The notes beneath the pieces were generated by a model, which saw only the letters and a list, made by a program, of their open reading frames with translations, made no database searches and was not told the DNA's origin. Made by a program: the position numbers and the translations under genes. From NCBI GenBank assembly GCA_030153935.1, contig JASKKX010000001.1:7901-71900 (forward strand): 64,000 bases of DNA, read 5' to 3'. The stretch is from Verrucomicrobiota bacterium (GTDB lineage: Bacteria; Verrucomicrobiota; Kiritimatiellia; Kiritimatiellales; Tichowtungiaceae). This document shows positions 45,299 to 54,922 of this stretch, piece after piece (position 1 is the first letter of the stretch; each line of letters starts with the position of its first letter).

Positions 45299-45742
45299 TT
45301 ACTCATTGTACGAAGTCAGCAACGCCCGGGGATTTCCGGCAAACGAAGGGGCCGAGTAGTATGCCGGAGGACTGTTGACTCCCGGAATAATAACGGTTTT
45401 CACCCGGTTTGTCTCCACGGAAGCAATAACGGGGGTCGCAGGTTCTGATATTGTGAGAATTGCGGTTCCAACCGGCACAGCGGGCACGGGCCGGTCGATC
45501 AGGTGCAATCCAAGGAATAGAATGAACAGCGCCGCAATGCCGTATCGCGGCTGGGTGAACATCCAGCTGAATCCTTTGTCCGGAAACAGCAGCCATACCG
45601 GTTTATTACTCGCCGAGCGAACTTCCCGCATGATGTTCTGAATATTTTTTTCGGTGCGATCCGCATCCGGGCGCTCGTAGTTTTTGAGAGCCAGCAAACC
45701 CGCTATATCTAAATCAAGAGGCTCTGTTTTTCTGCTTTTCAT
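45299..45742 (-). CDS. putative anti-sigma factor (single-pass membrane protein)
   Basis: 147-aa ORF overlapping the sigma gene stop by 4 nt. Central TM YGIAALFILFLGLHLI. Assignment rests on position only. Confidence 0.45.
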   Translation of the reverse strand: MKSRKTEPLDLDIAGLLALKNYERPDADRTEKNIQNIMREVRSASNKPVWLLFPDKGFSWMFTQPRYGIAALFILFLGLHLIDRPVPAVPVGTAILTISEPATPVIASVETNRVKTVIIPGVNSPPAYYSAPSFAGNPRALLTSYNE

Positions 45743-46335
45743 TTCATAAACTCCGCCAGTTCCATCTGCAGCTGTTTACGCGCATAAAATAACCGGGACC
45801 GAACTGTTCCTTCCGAACAGCGCGTGATCCTTGCAATATCTGCATGGGGCATTCCCTGCACATCATGCATTACAACCACTGCTCTGTGCTTTTCGGACAG
45901 CCTCAGCAACGCTTCGTTCATTTTTTTCTGAAATTCCCCCAGACTCATTTTGCGCAGCACCGATCCCTTGCTGGAAAATTCTTTATAGGACTCGGCCTGC
46001 TTGATATCGGGGTCAAATTCGTCAAAGCTGACATTCTGCCGCCGGTTGCGTTTTTTACGGAAATTAATGGTTCGATTCAGCGCAATTCGGTAAATCCAGG
46101 TATAAAATCCGGACTGTTCCCTAAATCGGCCCAGCGCCTTCCAGGCTTTGACAAAAACCTCCTGTGTCAGATCCTCCGCATCTTCGCGGTTGCTGGTCAT
46201 GCTGTAGACCAGGCCGTAAATCTTCCCGTGATAGCGCCGAACGAGTTCTTCGTAAGCCGCATGGTCACCCGCCTGTGCACGATGGACGAAATCGAGATCG
46301 TCCGCTTCTGTTTTCTGCTGTTCGGAGGTGTCCAT
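45739..46335 (-). CDS. RNA polymerase sigma factor, ECF (sigma-70 group 4) subfamily
   Basis: 198-aa ORF. Region 2 (YHGKIYGLVYSMTSNREDAEDLTQEVFVKAW...FYTWIYRIALN) and region 4 (MPHADIARITRCSEGTVRSRLFYARKQL). Confidence 0.9.
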   Translation of the reverse strand: MDTSEQQKTEADDLDFVHRAQAGDHAAYEELVRRYHGKIYGLVYSMTSNREDAEDLTQEVFVKAWKALGRFREQSGFYTWIYRIALNRTINFRKKRNRRQNVSFDEFDPDIKQAESYKEFSSKGSVLRKMSLGEFQKKMNEALLRLSEKHRAVVVMHDVQGMPHADIARITRCSEGTVRSRLFYARKQLQMELAEFMK

Positions 46336-46391
46336 AGTTTTTCGATTTACAAAGTCTGGAAAGTGCTTCTATCAAAGTTTCCACCCCTTGG

Positions 46392-46427
46392 AAAAAGAAA
46401 AGCGCCCCGAAAAGATTTTCGGGGCGC
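46392..46427 (-). terminator. strong rho-independent terminator after ppdK
   Basis: Perfect 12-bp stem GCGCCCCGAAAA / TTTTCGGGGCGC (2-nt loop) at 46402-46427, followed on the minus strand by TTTTCTTTTTCC. Confidence 0.85.
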
Positions 46428-46454
46428 CAAATGGCTCCTTTATAAATAAGGTTG

Positions 46455-49211
46455 CTACTCCTGAATAGCGGCCTGCGCGGCTGCCAAACGGGCAATCGGC
46501 ACGCGGAAGGGTGAACAGCTGACATAATTGAGGCCCACTTTACAGCAGAACTTCACGCTGGCCGGATCGCCGCCATGTTCGCCGCAGATTCCGCACTTCA
46601 GGTCCGGTCGGGTTGAACGGCCCTTTTCCACACCCATTCTGATAAGCTGCCCGACACCGCGTTGGTCGAGGTGCTGGAACGGATCGCACGGCAGCAGTTT
46701 TTCTTTCAGATAGTCCGGCAGGAAAGTTCCGATATCGTCCCGACTGAATCCAAAGGTCAGTTGCGTCAGATCATTGGTCCCGAAACTGAAGAATTCGGCC
46801 GTCTCGGCAATTTCATCGGCCGTGAGTGCCGCACGCGGAATTTCAATCATGGTGCCGACCATGTATTTCAGTTTTACGCCTTCTTTTTTGATGATCTCTT
46901 CGGCCGTTTGACGGGCGATCTGATTCAGATAATCCAGCTCCGCTTTGGTGCCGATGAGCGGAATCATGATCTCAGGCAGCACGTTGATTTTCTTCTTCGC
47001 TTTGGAGACCTTGCAGGCAGCAGTGATGATCGCAGTGGTCTGCATGACACAAAGTTCCGGATAGGTCACTGAAAGACGGCATCCGCGATGGCCGAGCATC
47101 GGGTTGAACTCATGCAGCTGTTTCACACGGTCCGTTACTTTTTTCACCGAAATGCCGAGGCGTTTGGCCATTTCCCTCTGGTCCTTGAGGGTCTGCGGCA
47201 CAAACTCATGCAGCGGCGGGTCGAGTAGACGAACGGTCACCGGCAGGCCGTCCATGGCTTTGAAGATACCTTCAAAGTCTTTCTGCTGCAGTTTGAGAAG
47301 TTTGCCGAGAGCTTTTTTGCGTCCTGTTTCATCTTCAGCGAGAATGAATTCGCGAATCGCCCAGATGCGGTCGCCTTCAAAAAACATGTGCTCGGTCCGG
47401 CAGAGACCGATTCCTTCAGCACCGAATGAACGGGCGGCAACGGCGTCTTTGGGAGTATCCGCGTTTGTGCGAACGTTGATCTTACGGGCCGAATCCGACC
47501 ACTGTGAAATCTGTTCGTACATTTTATAGATCGGATGTCTTTTGGCTGCGGCTTTGCCGTCAATCACACCGGAAACTACCGGACTCGACTGTGTCGGGAT
47601 TTGACCTTCATAGACCATTCCGGTTGTTCCGTTGAGGCTGATCCAGTCGCCGGCTTTGTACACTTTCCTGCCAACCGTAACGGTTTTCTTTTTGTAGTCG
47701 ATCTGAAGAGCGCCTGCGCCGCAAATGCAGCATTTTCCCCAGCCGCGCGCCACAACCGCCGCATGGGAAGTCATCCCGCCGGTCGAAGTGAGAACTCCCT
47801 GTGCTGCCCACATGCCGCCGACATCTTCGGGGCTGGTTTCGTGACGAACAAGAACCACCATGGCACTCGGGTCTTTCTCCACAGCGGCTTCGGCCTCCTT
47901 CGCTTCAAAAACGATCTTCCCGACTGCGGCACCGGGCCCGGCCGGCAACCCTTTGGCGATCGGCTTGGCTTTCTTTTCGGCGGCAATGTCAAAAATCGGG
48001 AAAAGCAGCTGTTCCAGGTCTTCTCCGGAAACGGTCATCAGGGCTTCTTCCTGCGTCAGGATTTTAGAAAGCTCTTTCCCGGTGTAAACATCTTTCCCGG
48101 TAGCCATTTCAACCGCCCAGCGGACGCCGGCCAGCCCGGTACGCTTGGCGTTGCGGGTCTGAAGCATCCAAAGTTTTCCTTCCTGAACGGTGAATTCCAC
48201 GTCCTGTGGATATTTGTAATGCTTCTCGAGTCGGTCCATAATTTTGAGCAGATCCGTGTGCACTTTTTCCCACACCGGAAGTTTTTCTTTCGGCATTTCA
48301 TCAAGGTGTCTCGGAGTGCGAATCCCGGCCACAACATCCTCGCCCTGCGCATTCACCAGATATTCACCCATTGGCGTGGAGTCCCCTGTTCCTCCGTCAC
48401 GGGTAAAGGCGACCCCGGTTCCGGAATCCTCGCCCATATTGCCGAATACCATGGAGCAGACATTCACCGCTGTGCCGAGCAGGCCGGTGATCTTATTGAT
48501 CTGCCGGTATTTTTCCGCACGCTCGGAATTCCATGATCCGAATACGGCGCGAATGGCAAGATCCAGCTGCTGCAGCGGATCCTGCGGAAAAGGTTTTTTT
48601 ACCTTTTTCTGGTAGACCTTTTTGTAAATATCGACCAGTTCTTTGAGCTGTTCAGCCGTCAAATCGGTATCCTGCCCGGCTTTATATTTTTTCTTCAGCT
48701 TTTCGAGTTCCACTTCGAAATCGCGGTGCTCGAGACCGGTGTAGGGGCCCATGACGACATCCCCGAACATGTCGATAAAACGACGGTAGCAGTCCCAGGC
48801 CGTGCGTTCGTTTCCGGTCTGCTTGATGAAACCGAGAACAGATTTATCAGTCAGGCCCAGATTGAGCACTGTATCCATCATACCGGGCATGGAAATCGCT
48901 GCGCCGGAGCGGACAGAAACAAGCAGCGGATCATTCGGATCGCCAAGCTTTTTACCCATCATTGTTTCGAGCTTGCCCAGTGCTTCCTTAAGCTGGTCCT
49001 CCATCCCTTCAGGATAGCGGCCCCCGCTTTTGCTGTAGCAGGCGCAGGCCTCAGTGGAAATGGTGAATCCGGGGGGGACAGGCAGATCCGCATTGGCCAT
49101 TTCAGCCAAATTGGCACCCTTCCCGCCGAGGATTGCTTTCATGCTGGCATTCCCTTCGGTATTCTCCTTACCGAATCCGTAGAAGTAAACATACTTTTTA
49201 TCATTTGCCAT
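46455..49211 (-). CDS. ppdK: pyruvate, phosphate dikinase
   Basis: 918-aa ORF. LGGKGANLAEM, phosphohistidine motif GGMTSHAAVVARG, C-terminal PEP-utilising TIM barrel (GICGEHGGDP). Confidence 0.95.
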   Translation of the reverse strand: MANDKKYVYFYGFGKENTEGNASMKAILGGKGANLAEMANADLPVPPGFTISTEACACYSKSGGRYPEGMEDQLKEALGKLETMMGKKLGDPNDPLLVSVRSGAAISMPGMMDTVLNLGLTDKSVLGFIKQTGNERTAWDCYRRFIDMFGDVVMGPYTGLEHRDFEVELEKLKKKYKAGQDTDLTAEQLKELVDIYKKVYQKKVKKPFPQDPLQQLDLAIRAVFGSWNSERAEKYRQINKITGLLGTAVNVCSMVFGNMGEDSGTGVAFTRDGGTGDSTPMGEYLVNAQGEDVVAGIRTPRHLDEMPKEKLPVWEKVHTDLLKIMDRLEKHYKYPQDVEFTVQEGKLWMLQTRNAKRTGLAGVRWAVEMATGKDVYTGKELSKILTQEEALMTVSGEDLEQLLFPIFDIAAEKKAKPIAKGLPAGPGAAVGKIVFEAKEAEAAVEKDPSAMVVLVRHETSPEDVGGMWAAQGVLTSTGGMTSHAAVVARGWGKCCICGAGALQIDYKKKTVTVGRKVYKAGDWISLNGTTGMVYEGQIPTQSSPVVSGVIDGKAAAKRHPIYKMYEQISQWSDSARKINVRTNADTPKDAVAARSFGAEGIGLCRTEHMFFEGDRIWAIREFILAEDETGRKKALGKLLKLQQKDFEGIFKAMDGLPVTVRLLDPPLHEFVPQTLKDQREMAKRLGISVKKVTDRVKQLHEFNPMLGHRGCRLSVTYPELCVMQTTAIITAACKVSKAKKKINVLPEIMIPLIGTKAELDYLNQIARQTAEEIIKKEGVKLKYMVGTMIEIPRAALTADEIAETAEFFSFGTNDLTQLTFGFSRDDIGTFLPDYLKEKLLPCDPFQHLDQRGVGQLIRMGVEKGRSTRPDLKCGICGEHGGDPASVKFCCKVGLNYVSCSPFRVPIARLAAAQAAIQE

Positions 49212-49481
49212 CGGGTGCCTCCTTGATTTTTCACTAAATTTATCCGGCTGTAAACACTTCTCCGCAGAGGCGTTATGCTAGCAGAGACCCGGGGGGTGTC
49301 AACCCGTCTTTCGCTATTCGACCGCAGAAATGACCTGTTTTGAGGGCGTGACCCTCCATTTTGCCCTTTATTTACAGGGGGTTGCAGGCTTGTGGGGCAG
49401 ACCGTGCCGGTTGACGCCTCATTTTTCTGTGAATTTCTGTGAAAAATCGGGTCATGTACTTGAACTGTCATCATAAGCAAA

Positions 49482-50726
49482 TCAAGGATGACAAAGAGCC
49501 CCGCTGCTGGAGCGCTGTTGAACGTGTGCGTACCCGCAGGGCGGTGATGAAGCGTCAGCTTCTTTGAAGGCTTCTTCAGTTCCCGTTTCAATTCCACTGC
49601 GACCGGAAATACCATCTTCGTCACCGTCTGCAGACGGATGGATATATTCATACGAACCGATATCGATGCGGGCATCGCCGTCATTGTTCCCATCAAGAAT
49701 CCGTGGATTCCCCGCCAGATCCACCCGCAGAAAATTATTCGTACCTGCATCAATCAATGGAGAATCCGCCATCAAGGAAAAGGCACCCTGCTCCGCATTT
49801 TTAAATCCCGGTTCAGAGTCAATGTTTCCCGGGCCGCGTGCCGACGGCATGCTGCAGCAGTAACTCATGCCCACATTGAAAAAATTATGGGATCGCAGCA
49901 ATGTCTGATTGTAGTGCAGCACCGTATTCTGTGCCGTTCCATAGGCCGCACCGCCGCCCATCACTTCTGCCCGGTTATACGTAACGGTACAGTTGAGAAG
50001 TTTACTGCGGTATGTCCCGCCGCCGTATCGTCCTGCCCGGTTGTATTTCACCAGGCAGTTGACCAGTTGCGCATCGCTGGCTGCACCGCCCGACCGGCGT
50101 GCCGCATTATCGGCAAACACACAGCGGATTGCGCTGCCGCCGTAAAGCCCACCGCCATACCAGAGCGCCTTGCTGTCCATAACGATACAGTTCTCCAGCA
50201 GCCCGTCCGGTTCACTCCAGACGCCGCCGCCTGAAAGCGCCGTGAGTTTATCTCCTGCGGATCCCCCTTCAGGGGTTTCCCCATCTTTGATGGTAAACCC
50301 GATCACGTTAACTCCATTGGTCATGTAGAGACAACGCGTCGAAGGTCCGCCGACAATGAAGGTTTCTGACGGGCCTTTTTCGCTGCGCAGCGTCAGCGGT
50401 TTGTCAATCACCAGTCGGGTCATTGGACCCTGTTGATTAAGCCGACGCCCGCCGGTGTCATACGTGCCGGCCGCCACGATCAATTCATCACCCGGATTTG
50501 CCTCATCGACAAATGTCTGCAGCGTATCCGCTGCATTTGCCGGAATGAAAATCCGGCGTCTTTGGGGGGAGGACTGTTCCGCAGGCTCTCCACCGGAATG
50601 TACTCCCGGAGAATCCGCCGGCGAGACAGAAGCCGGGGTCATTTGTGGAAAAGTACCGCTTTGAGAAAAGGCGACGGCGGCGGCCATCGCAATTGAAGAT
50701 AAGTAAATTGCTGCCTTCATATGCAT
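49482..50726 (-). CDS. secreted right-handed parallel beta-helix repeat protein with acidic calcium-binding-like C-terminus
   Basis: 414-aa ORF. Signal peptide, iterated GGG(V/L/A)Y-type turns (GGGVW, GGGLYGG, YGGGTY, GGGAAYG) spaced about 22-25 aa apart. C-terminal DGNNDGDARID / DGDEDG motifs. Confidence 0.6.
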   Translation of the reverse strand: MHMKAAIYLSSIAMAAAVAFSQSGTFPQMTPASVSPADSPGVHSGGEPAEQSSPQRRRIFIPANAADTLQTFVDEANPGDELIVAAGTYDTGGRRLNQQGPMTRLVIDKPLTLRSEKGPSETFIVGGPSTRCLYMTNGVNVIGFTIKDGETPEGGSAGDKLTALSGGGVWSEPDGLLENCIVMDSKALWYGGGLYGGSAIRCVFADNAARRSGGAASDAQLVNCLVKYNRAGRYGGGTYRSKLLNCTVTYNRAEVMGGGAAYGTAQNTVLHYNQTLLRSHNFFNVGMSYCCSMPSARGPGNIDSEPGFKNAEQGAFSLMADSPLIDAGTNNFLRVDLAGNPRILDGNNDGDARIDIGSYEYIHPSADGDEDGISGRSGIETGTEEAFKEADASSPPCGYAHVQQRSSSGALCHP

Positions 50727-50806
50727 CCTGTTTCTAAACGCCGGGAAATTGTACCGGAGTTCTCCGGGCCCCGGGATTCTTTCTGTTTTTCCAACGCCGG
50801 CAAGCG

Positions 50807-52459
50807 CTATTCCACGTTCAGCGGACCGCCGGGACGATCCCGAAGAACCACATGCTTCGCAACAGCATCTGTCTGCGGCCAGTCTTCTGTAAAATGAAGC
50901 CCGCGGCTCTCTTTGCGCCGCTGGGCCGAACGAACGATCAGTTCGGCAACTGCCGCCAGATTCCGCAGCTCGATCAGATCCGCTGTGACCAGGTATTCTT
51001 TGTAATAACTGCGAATCTCATCGCGAATAGCATGAAGGCGACGACGCGCGCGTTCCAGACGGCGATCAGAGCGGACAATGCCGACGAAGTCCCACATGAC
51101 AGACCGCACTTCGTTCCAGTTATGTTCAACAACAACCGCTTCATCGCTCGAAACGGCTTCGCCGCATTCCCAGCGGGGAATGGTAATGTCGGATACCGGA
51201 TTGTCTTTCCAGACTCTGGAAACCTCTTCCGCACAGCAATGCGCACAGACCAAAGCCTCGAGCAGCGAATTGCTTGCCAGTCGATTGGCACCGTGCAGTC
51301 CTGTGCTGGCGGTTTCGCCGACAACATAGAGTCCCGGCAGGACAGTGCGTCCATTGACCTCGGCAATAACTCCGCCGCAGGAATAGTGCGCGGCAGGAAC
51401 GATCGGTACGGGGGTGCGGGCCATGTCAAAGCCGTAATTCAGGCAGGTTGCATAAATCGTGGGAAAGCGCTTCTGCAGAAATCCGGCATCGCGGTGCGAG
51501 ATGTCCAGATAGACAAAAGGATCACCGTATTTTTTCATGACGGAATCGATCGCGCGGGCAGTGATGTCCCGCGGAGAGAGCGCGCCGCGTTCGTCGAAAT
51601 CATACACAAATTCATGCCCGCGCCGATCGATCAGTTTGGCGCCTTCCCCACGCACCGCTTCGGAAATCAGGAAGGATTTGGCATCGGGATGATAAAGACA
51701 GGTGGGGTGAAACTGGATCATCTCCATATCACGAAGCGGCAACCCGGCGCGCCATGCCATGGCAATCCCGTCGCCGGTGGCAACATCGGGATTGCTGGTG
51801 TAAAGATAGGCTTTGCCCAGCCCGCCGGTGGCCAGAATGGTCGCGGGAGAACGCACCGCGAGAATCTCGCCGGTGATTTTATCGAGAAAGTAGCAACCCA
51901 CACATCGATTATCACCTGACAACCCGAGCCATCCGGTCGGCACCACATCAATCGCCAGCCAGTTTTCAACGACGGTAATGTTGGAATCGGCCTTGGCGCG
52001 GACTAACAGCCCTTCAACCAGCGCCTTGCCGGTTACATCGCCGGCATGAAGCACCCGGCGGCGCGAATGGCCGCCTTCCTGTCCGAGATCGTATTCGTCC
52101 GGCTTGCTTTCACGATGCTCGAATTTAATTCCGAATTTCTCCAGTTCGGCGATCCGCTCCGGCCCGCCTTCAATAATCGCGCGCGCAGCCGCTTCTTCGC
52201 TCAGCCCTCCACCGGTCTGCAGCGTGTCGGCAAGATGCTCGTCCATGGAGTCGTCGGGATCCATCACGCAGGCGATACCGCCCTGCGCATAGCGGGAATT
52301 GCATTCCGATGCGCCGCTTTTGGACGTCAGCAGAACACGTCCATACGCACTGAGATGCAGCGCGGCAGTCAAGCCTGCGAGCCCGGTGCCGATTACCAGA
52401 AAATCACTGTCAAATATTCGCATAATTTTTTCACATGGTTCGGAACTGAAAGCAACCAT
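50807..52459 (-). CDS. nadB: L-aspartate oxidase
   Basis: 550-aa ORF. DFLVIGTGLAGL FAD motif, RYAQGGIA, HPTC, GLHGANRLASNSLLE. Confidence 0.9.
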   Translation of the reverse strand: MVAFSSEPCEKIMRIFDSDFLVIGTGLAGLTAALHLSAYGRVLLTSKSGASECNSRYAQGGIACVMDPDDSMDEHLADTLQTGGGLSEEAAARAIIEGGPERIAELEKFGIKFEHRESKPDEYDLGQEGGHSRRRVLHAGDVTGKALVEGLLVRAKADSNITVVENWLAIDVVPTGWLGLSGDNRCVGCYFLDKITGEILAVRSPATILATGGLGKAYLYTSNPDVATGDGIAMAWRAGLPLRDMEMIQFHPTCLYHPDAKSFLISEAVRGEGAKLIDRRGHEFVYDFDERGALSPRDITARAIDSVMKKYGDPFVYLDISHRDAGFLQKRFPTIYATCLNYGFDMARTPVPIVPAAHYSCGGVIAEVNGRTVLPGLYVVGETASTGLHGANRLASNSLLEALVCAHCCAEEVSRVWKDNPVSDITIPRWECGEAVSSDEAVVVEHNWNEVRSVMWDFVGIVRSDRRLERARRRLHAIRDEIRSYYKEYLVTADLIELRNLAAVAELIVRSAQRRKESRGLHFTEDWPQTDAVAKHVVLRDRPGGPLNVE

Positions 52460-52586
52460 CCTATCCTGTTTTCTCCAGCTATTGGAATCTAAAATCCAAA
52501 GTGTGTCGTGTTACATTCAAACGTTCCGCAGCACTTCCGGTATATTTTTTTCCAATATCTGAAAAATACCGGTATAGTGCGTCGCT

Positions 52587-53624
52587 ATGAATTTAATCCA
52601 TAAAACAGAAGACCTGCGGGTTGAGAGTGTTACGCAGCTCGTTACCCCGCGGGAATTAAAAACCGAATTGCCAATAACGGACATATCGAAAAAAATCGTC
52701 ATTCGCGAACGTGAAGCCGTTCACGCCGTCCTGGAACGCCGCGACCCGCGCCTGCTGGTCATCGTCGGCCCCTGCTCTATCCATGACCCGGCAGCGGCGC
52801 TCGACTATGCCAAACGTCTTGTCGACCTCCGCGAAAAAGTGAAAGAGCACTGCCTGATCATCATGCGTGTCTATTTTGAAAAACCACGCACCACCATCGG
52901 CTGGAAAGGGTTTATCAACGATCCGTTTATCGATCATTCCCATAATATGGAATACGGACTGCGCGCCGCGCGCCGGCTGATGCTCGACATCACGGAACTC
53001 GGCCTGCCGATCGGTACAGAATTTCTCGATTCATTCGTCCCGCAGTATACCGCCGACCTGGTCAGCTGGGCGGCGATCGGCGCCCGTACCATTGAATCGC
53101 AGCCTCACCGCGAAATGGCCAGCGGGCTGTCCATGCCGGTCGGCCTGAAAAACGCAACCGACGGAAGCATCCAGCGGGCGATTGATGCTCTGCATGCCTG
53201 CCGATCCCCGCACAGTTTTCTGGGAATTGATCAGGACGGTTGCAGCAGTATCATCAAAACCAGCGGCAACACCGACACCCACCTCGTGCTGCGCGGCGGC
53301 GGCGGGAAAACCAACTACCGCCCGGAAGAGGTTGCCGCCGCAGCGAAAAAGCTGCGCGCAGCCGGACTTCCGGATCAGCTGATGGTGGACTGTTCGCATG
53401 CCAACTCAGGAAAAATCCCCGCACGTCAGGCGGATGTCTGGCGCAGCCTGCTTGAACAGCGCAAACAGGCAGACTGCCCGATCATCGGGGCGATGCTCGA
53501 AAGTTTTATCGAAGAAGGGAACCAACCGATCAGCAAAAACCTGAAGTACGGCCTGTCCATCACAGACGCCTGTCTCGACTGGCCCACCACAGAGAACCTG
53601 CTGAAAGAAATTACAACGGGCTGA
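52587..53624 (+). CDS. aroG: 3-deoxy-7-phosphoheptulonate synthase, class I (AroF/G/H type)
   Basis: 345-aa ORF. VIVGPCSIHD, KPRTTIGWKGFINDP, HREMASG, DCSHANS. Confidence 0.9.
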   Translation: MNLIHKTEDLRVESVTQLVTPRELKTELPITDISKKIVIREREAVHAVLERRDPRLLVIVGPCSIHDPAAALDYAKRLVDLREKVKEHCLIIMRVYFEKPRTTIGWKGFINDPFIDHSHNMEYGLRAARRLMLDITELGLPIGTEFLDSFVPQYTADLVSWAAIGARTIESQPHREMASGLSMPVGLKNATDGSIQRAIDALHACRSPHSFLGIDQDGCSSIIKTSGNTDTHLVLRGGGGKTNYRPEEVAAAAKKLRAAGLPDQLMVDCSHANSGKIPARQADVWRSLLEQRKQADCPIIGAMLESFIEEGNQPISKNLKYGLSITDACLDWPTTENLLKEITTG

Positions 53625-53685
53625 TTCCTTCTCCTGCCCCTGTCTGGACAGTGTCCTCCCGGCACGACCGGGAGGGAAAGAGATT

Positions 53686-54804
53686 TCAGTGCCGGATTTT
53701 TTCTTTCATCCGGGTAACGCGCCGATAGGCTTCGTCGATGCGCGATTCGTTCACCCGCCCCGACTCGACCAGCTCCGTCACGATACGCACCGTCCTGGGA
53801 ACGATGTCGGGATCATAGTCCGCATTGTTCGCAATCAGAATCAGATCGACGCCGGCATTCAGCGTCTGCTCCAGGGCGGTTTCAAAACCGTATTCTTCGG
53901 CGATGGCGTTCATGCCGAGATCATCGCTCATCACCACACCTTTATAGCCGATCTCATTTCGCAGCAGACCGGTGATTATTTTCCGGGAAAGAGTCGCGGG
54001 CCGGAGCGGATCCAGCGACCGCAGAAAAATATGCGCCGTCATCACCACGTCCGCCTGCGCACAGAGAGCCCGGTACGGATCAAGCTCCTGCGGCTGCCAC
54101 GTATCGGTTACATCCACCATGCCGAGGTGGGAATCGGCGGCGGAACTCCCGTGTCCGGGAAAATGTTTCAGCGTACAGAGAATTCCCAGATCATGGTGCG
54201 CCCGGATAACCTGCGCCGCTTGGCGAACGGTTACGCCCGGGTCGGCGGAAAACGTCCGTTCCTTTTGAACGATAAAATTACCGGGATTAACGGCGAGATC
54301 CACATCCGGGGCCAGATTCAGGTTAATCCCGGCCGCCTTCAGAGCCCCCGCCAGTCGCAGAGATTCCCGATAGGTATACTCCGGATCATCATGCTTCCCC
54401 ATCTGCAGGGCAGAAACGGTTTCAGGAAAACCATATTCCGCTTTCAGCCGGTTCACGTTGCCGCCCTCCTGATCAACAGCAATCAGGAGAGTTTCCGGCG
54501 TACAGGACTGCAGTACCGCGGTCAGCCGGGCCAGCTGCTCTGGAGAACGGATATTGCGCCGGGGTTTGCCGAGAGCAACATCCGTATCAAACAGAATCAC
54601 TCCGCCAAGATGAAACCGGCGGATATCCCGCACAACCGGACTGGCAGCATCCACCTCTTCGCCGCGAAACCCGACCATGAGCAGCTGCCCGATCTTTTCC
54701 TCAAGAAGCGGTGTATGATCCACCGGAAGCGCATATCCGGGCAGCAGAAGCATCAGCACTCCGCAGAAAACGCACCGACCTGTCATCCGTTTCAAAAAAA
54801 GCAT
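53686..54804 (-). CDS. glycoside hydrolase family 3 N-terminal domain protein (beta-N-acetylhexosaminidase-like), secreted
   Basis: Start at MLFLKRMTGR (ATG rc at 54802-54804, GAGG RBS). AVDQEGGNVNRL, LKHFPGHG, VMTAH, VVMSDDL motifs. The 146 upstream codons of the track ORF are antisense to the ABC gene and were rejected. Confidence 0.85.
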   Translation of the reverse strand: MLFLKRMTGRCVFCGVLMLLLPGYALPVDHTPLLEEKIGQLLMVGFRGEEVDAASPVVRDIRRFHLGGVILFDTDVALGKPRRNIRSPEQLARLTAVLQSCTPETLLIAVDQEGGNVNRLKAEYGFPETVSALQMGKHDDPEYTYRESLRLAGALKAAGINLNLAPDVDLAVNPGNFIVQKERTFSADPGVTVRQAAQVIRAHHDLGILCTLKHFPGHGSSAADSHLGMVDVTDTWQPQELDPYRALCAQADVVMTAHIFLRSLDPLRPATLSRKIITGLLRNEIGYKGVVMSDDLGMNAIAEEYGFETALEQTLNAGVDLILIANNADYDPDIVPRTVRIVTELVESGRVNESRIDEAYRRVTRMKEKIRH

Positions 54805-54922
54805 CGATTTCCTCTCATCTGTTCCGCCCTCGCGATCTGTCTGAACATAACATGCTTCCCCGCTCACAAAAAGCGGATGAAAAAATTCCACGTCCCGGCG
54901 AATGCCGTTATACTGTGCGGCT

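Noticed and set aside
40431-46394. Shared palindromic motif TTTCCA(A/C)CCCTTGGAAA upstream of thrC (40431-40447) and of the ECF sigma gene (46378-46394).
   Set aside because: By my rough estimate, a 16/17-type match is expected more than ten times by chance among all position pairs in 64 kb. The two genes have no obvious regulatory link, so I treat it as coincidence.
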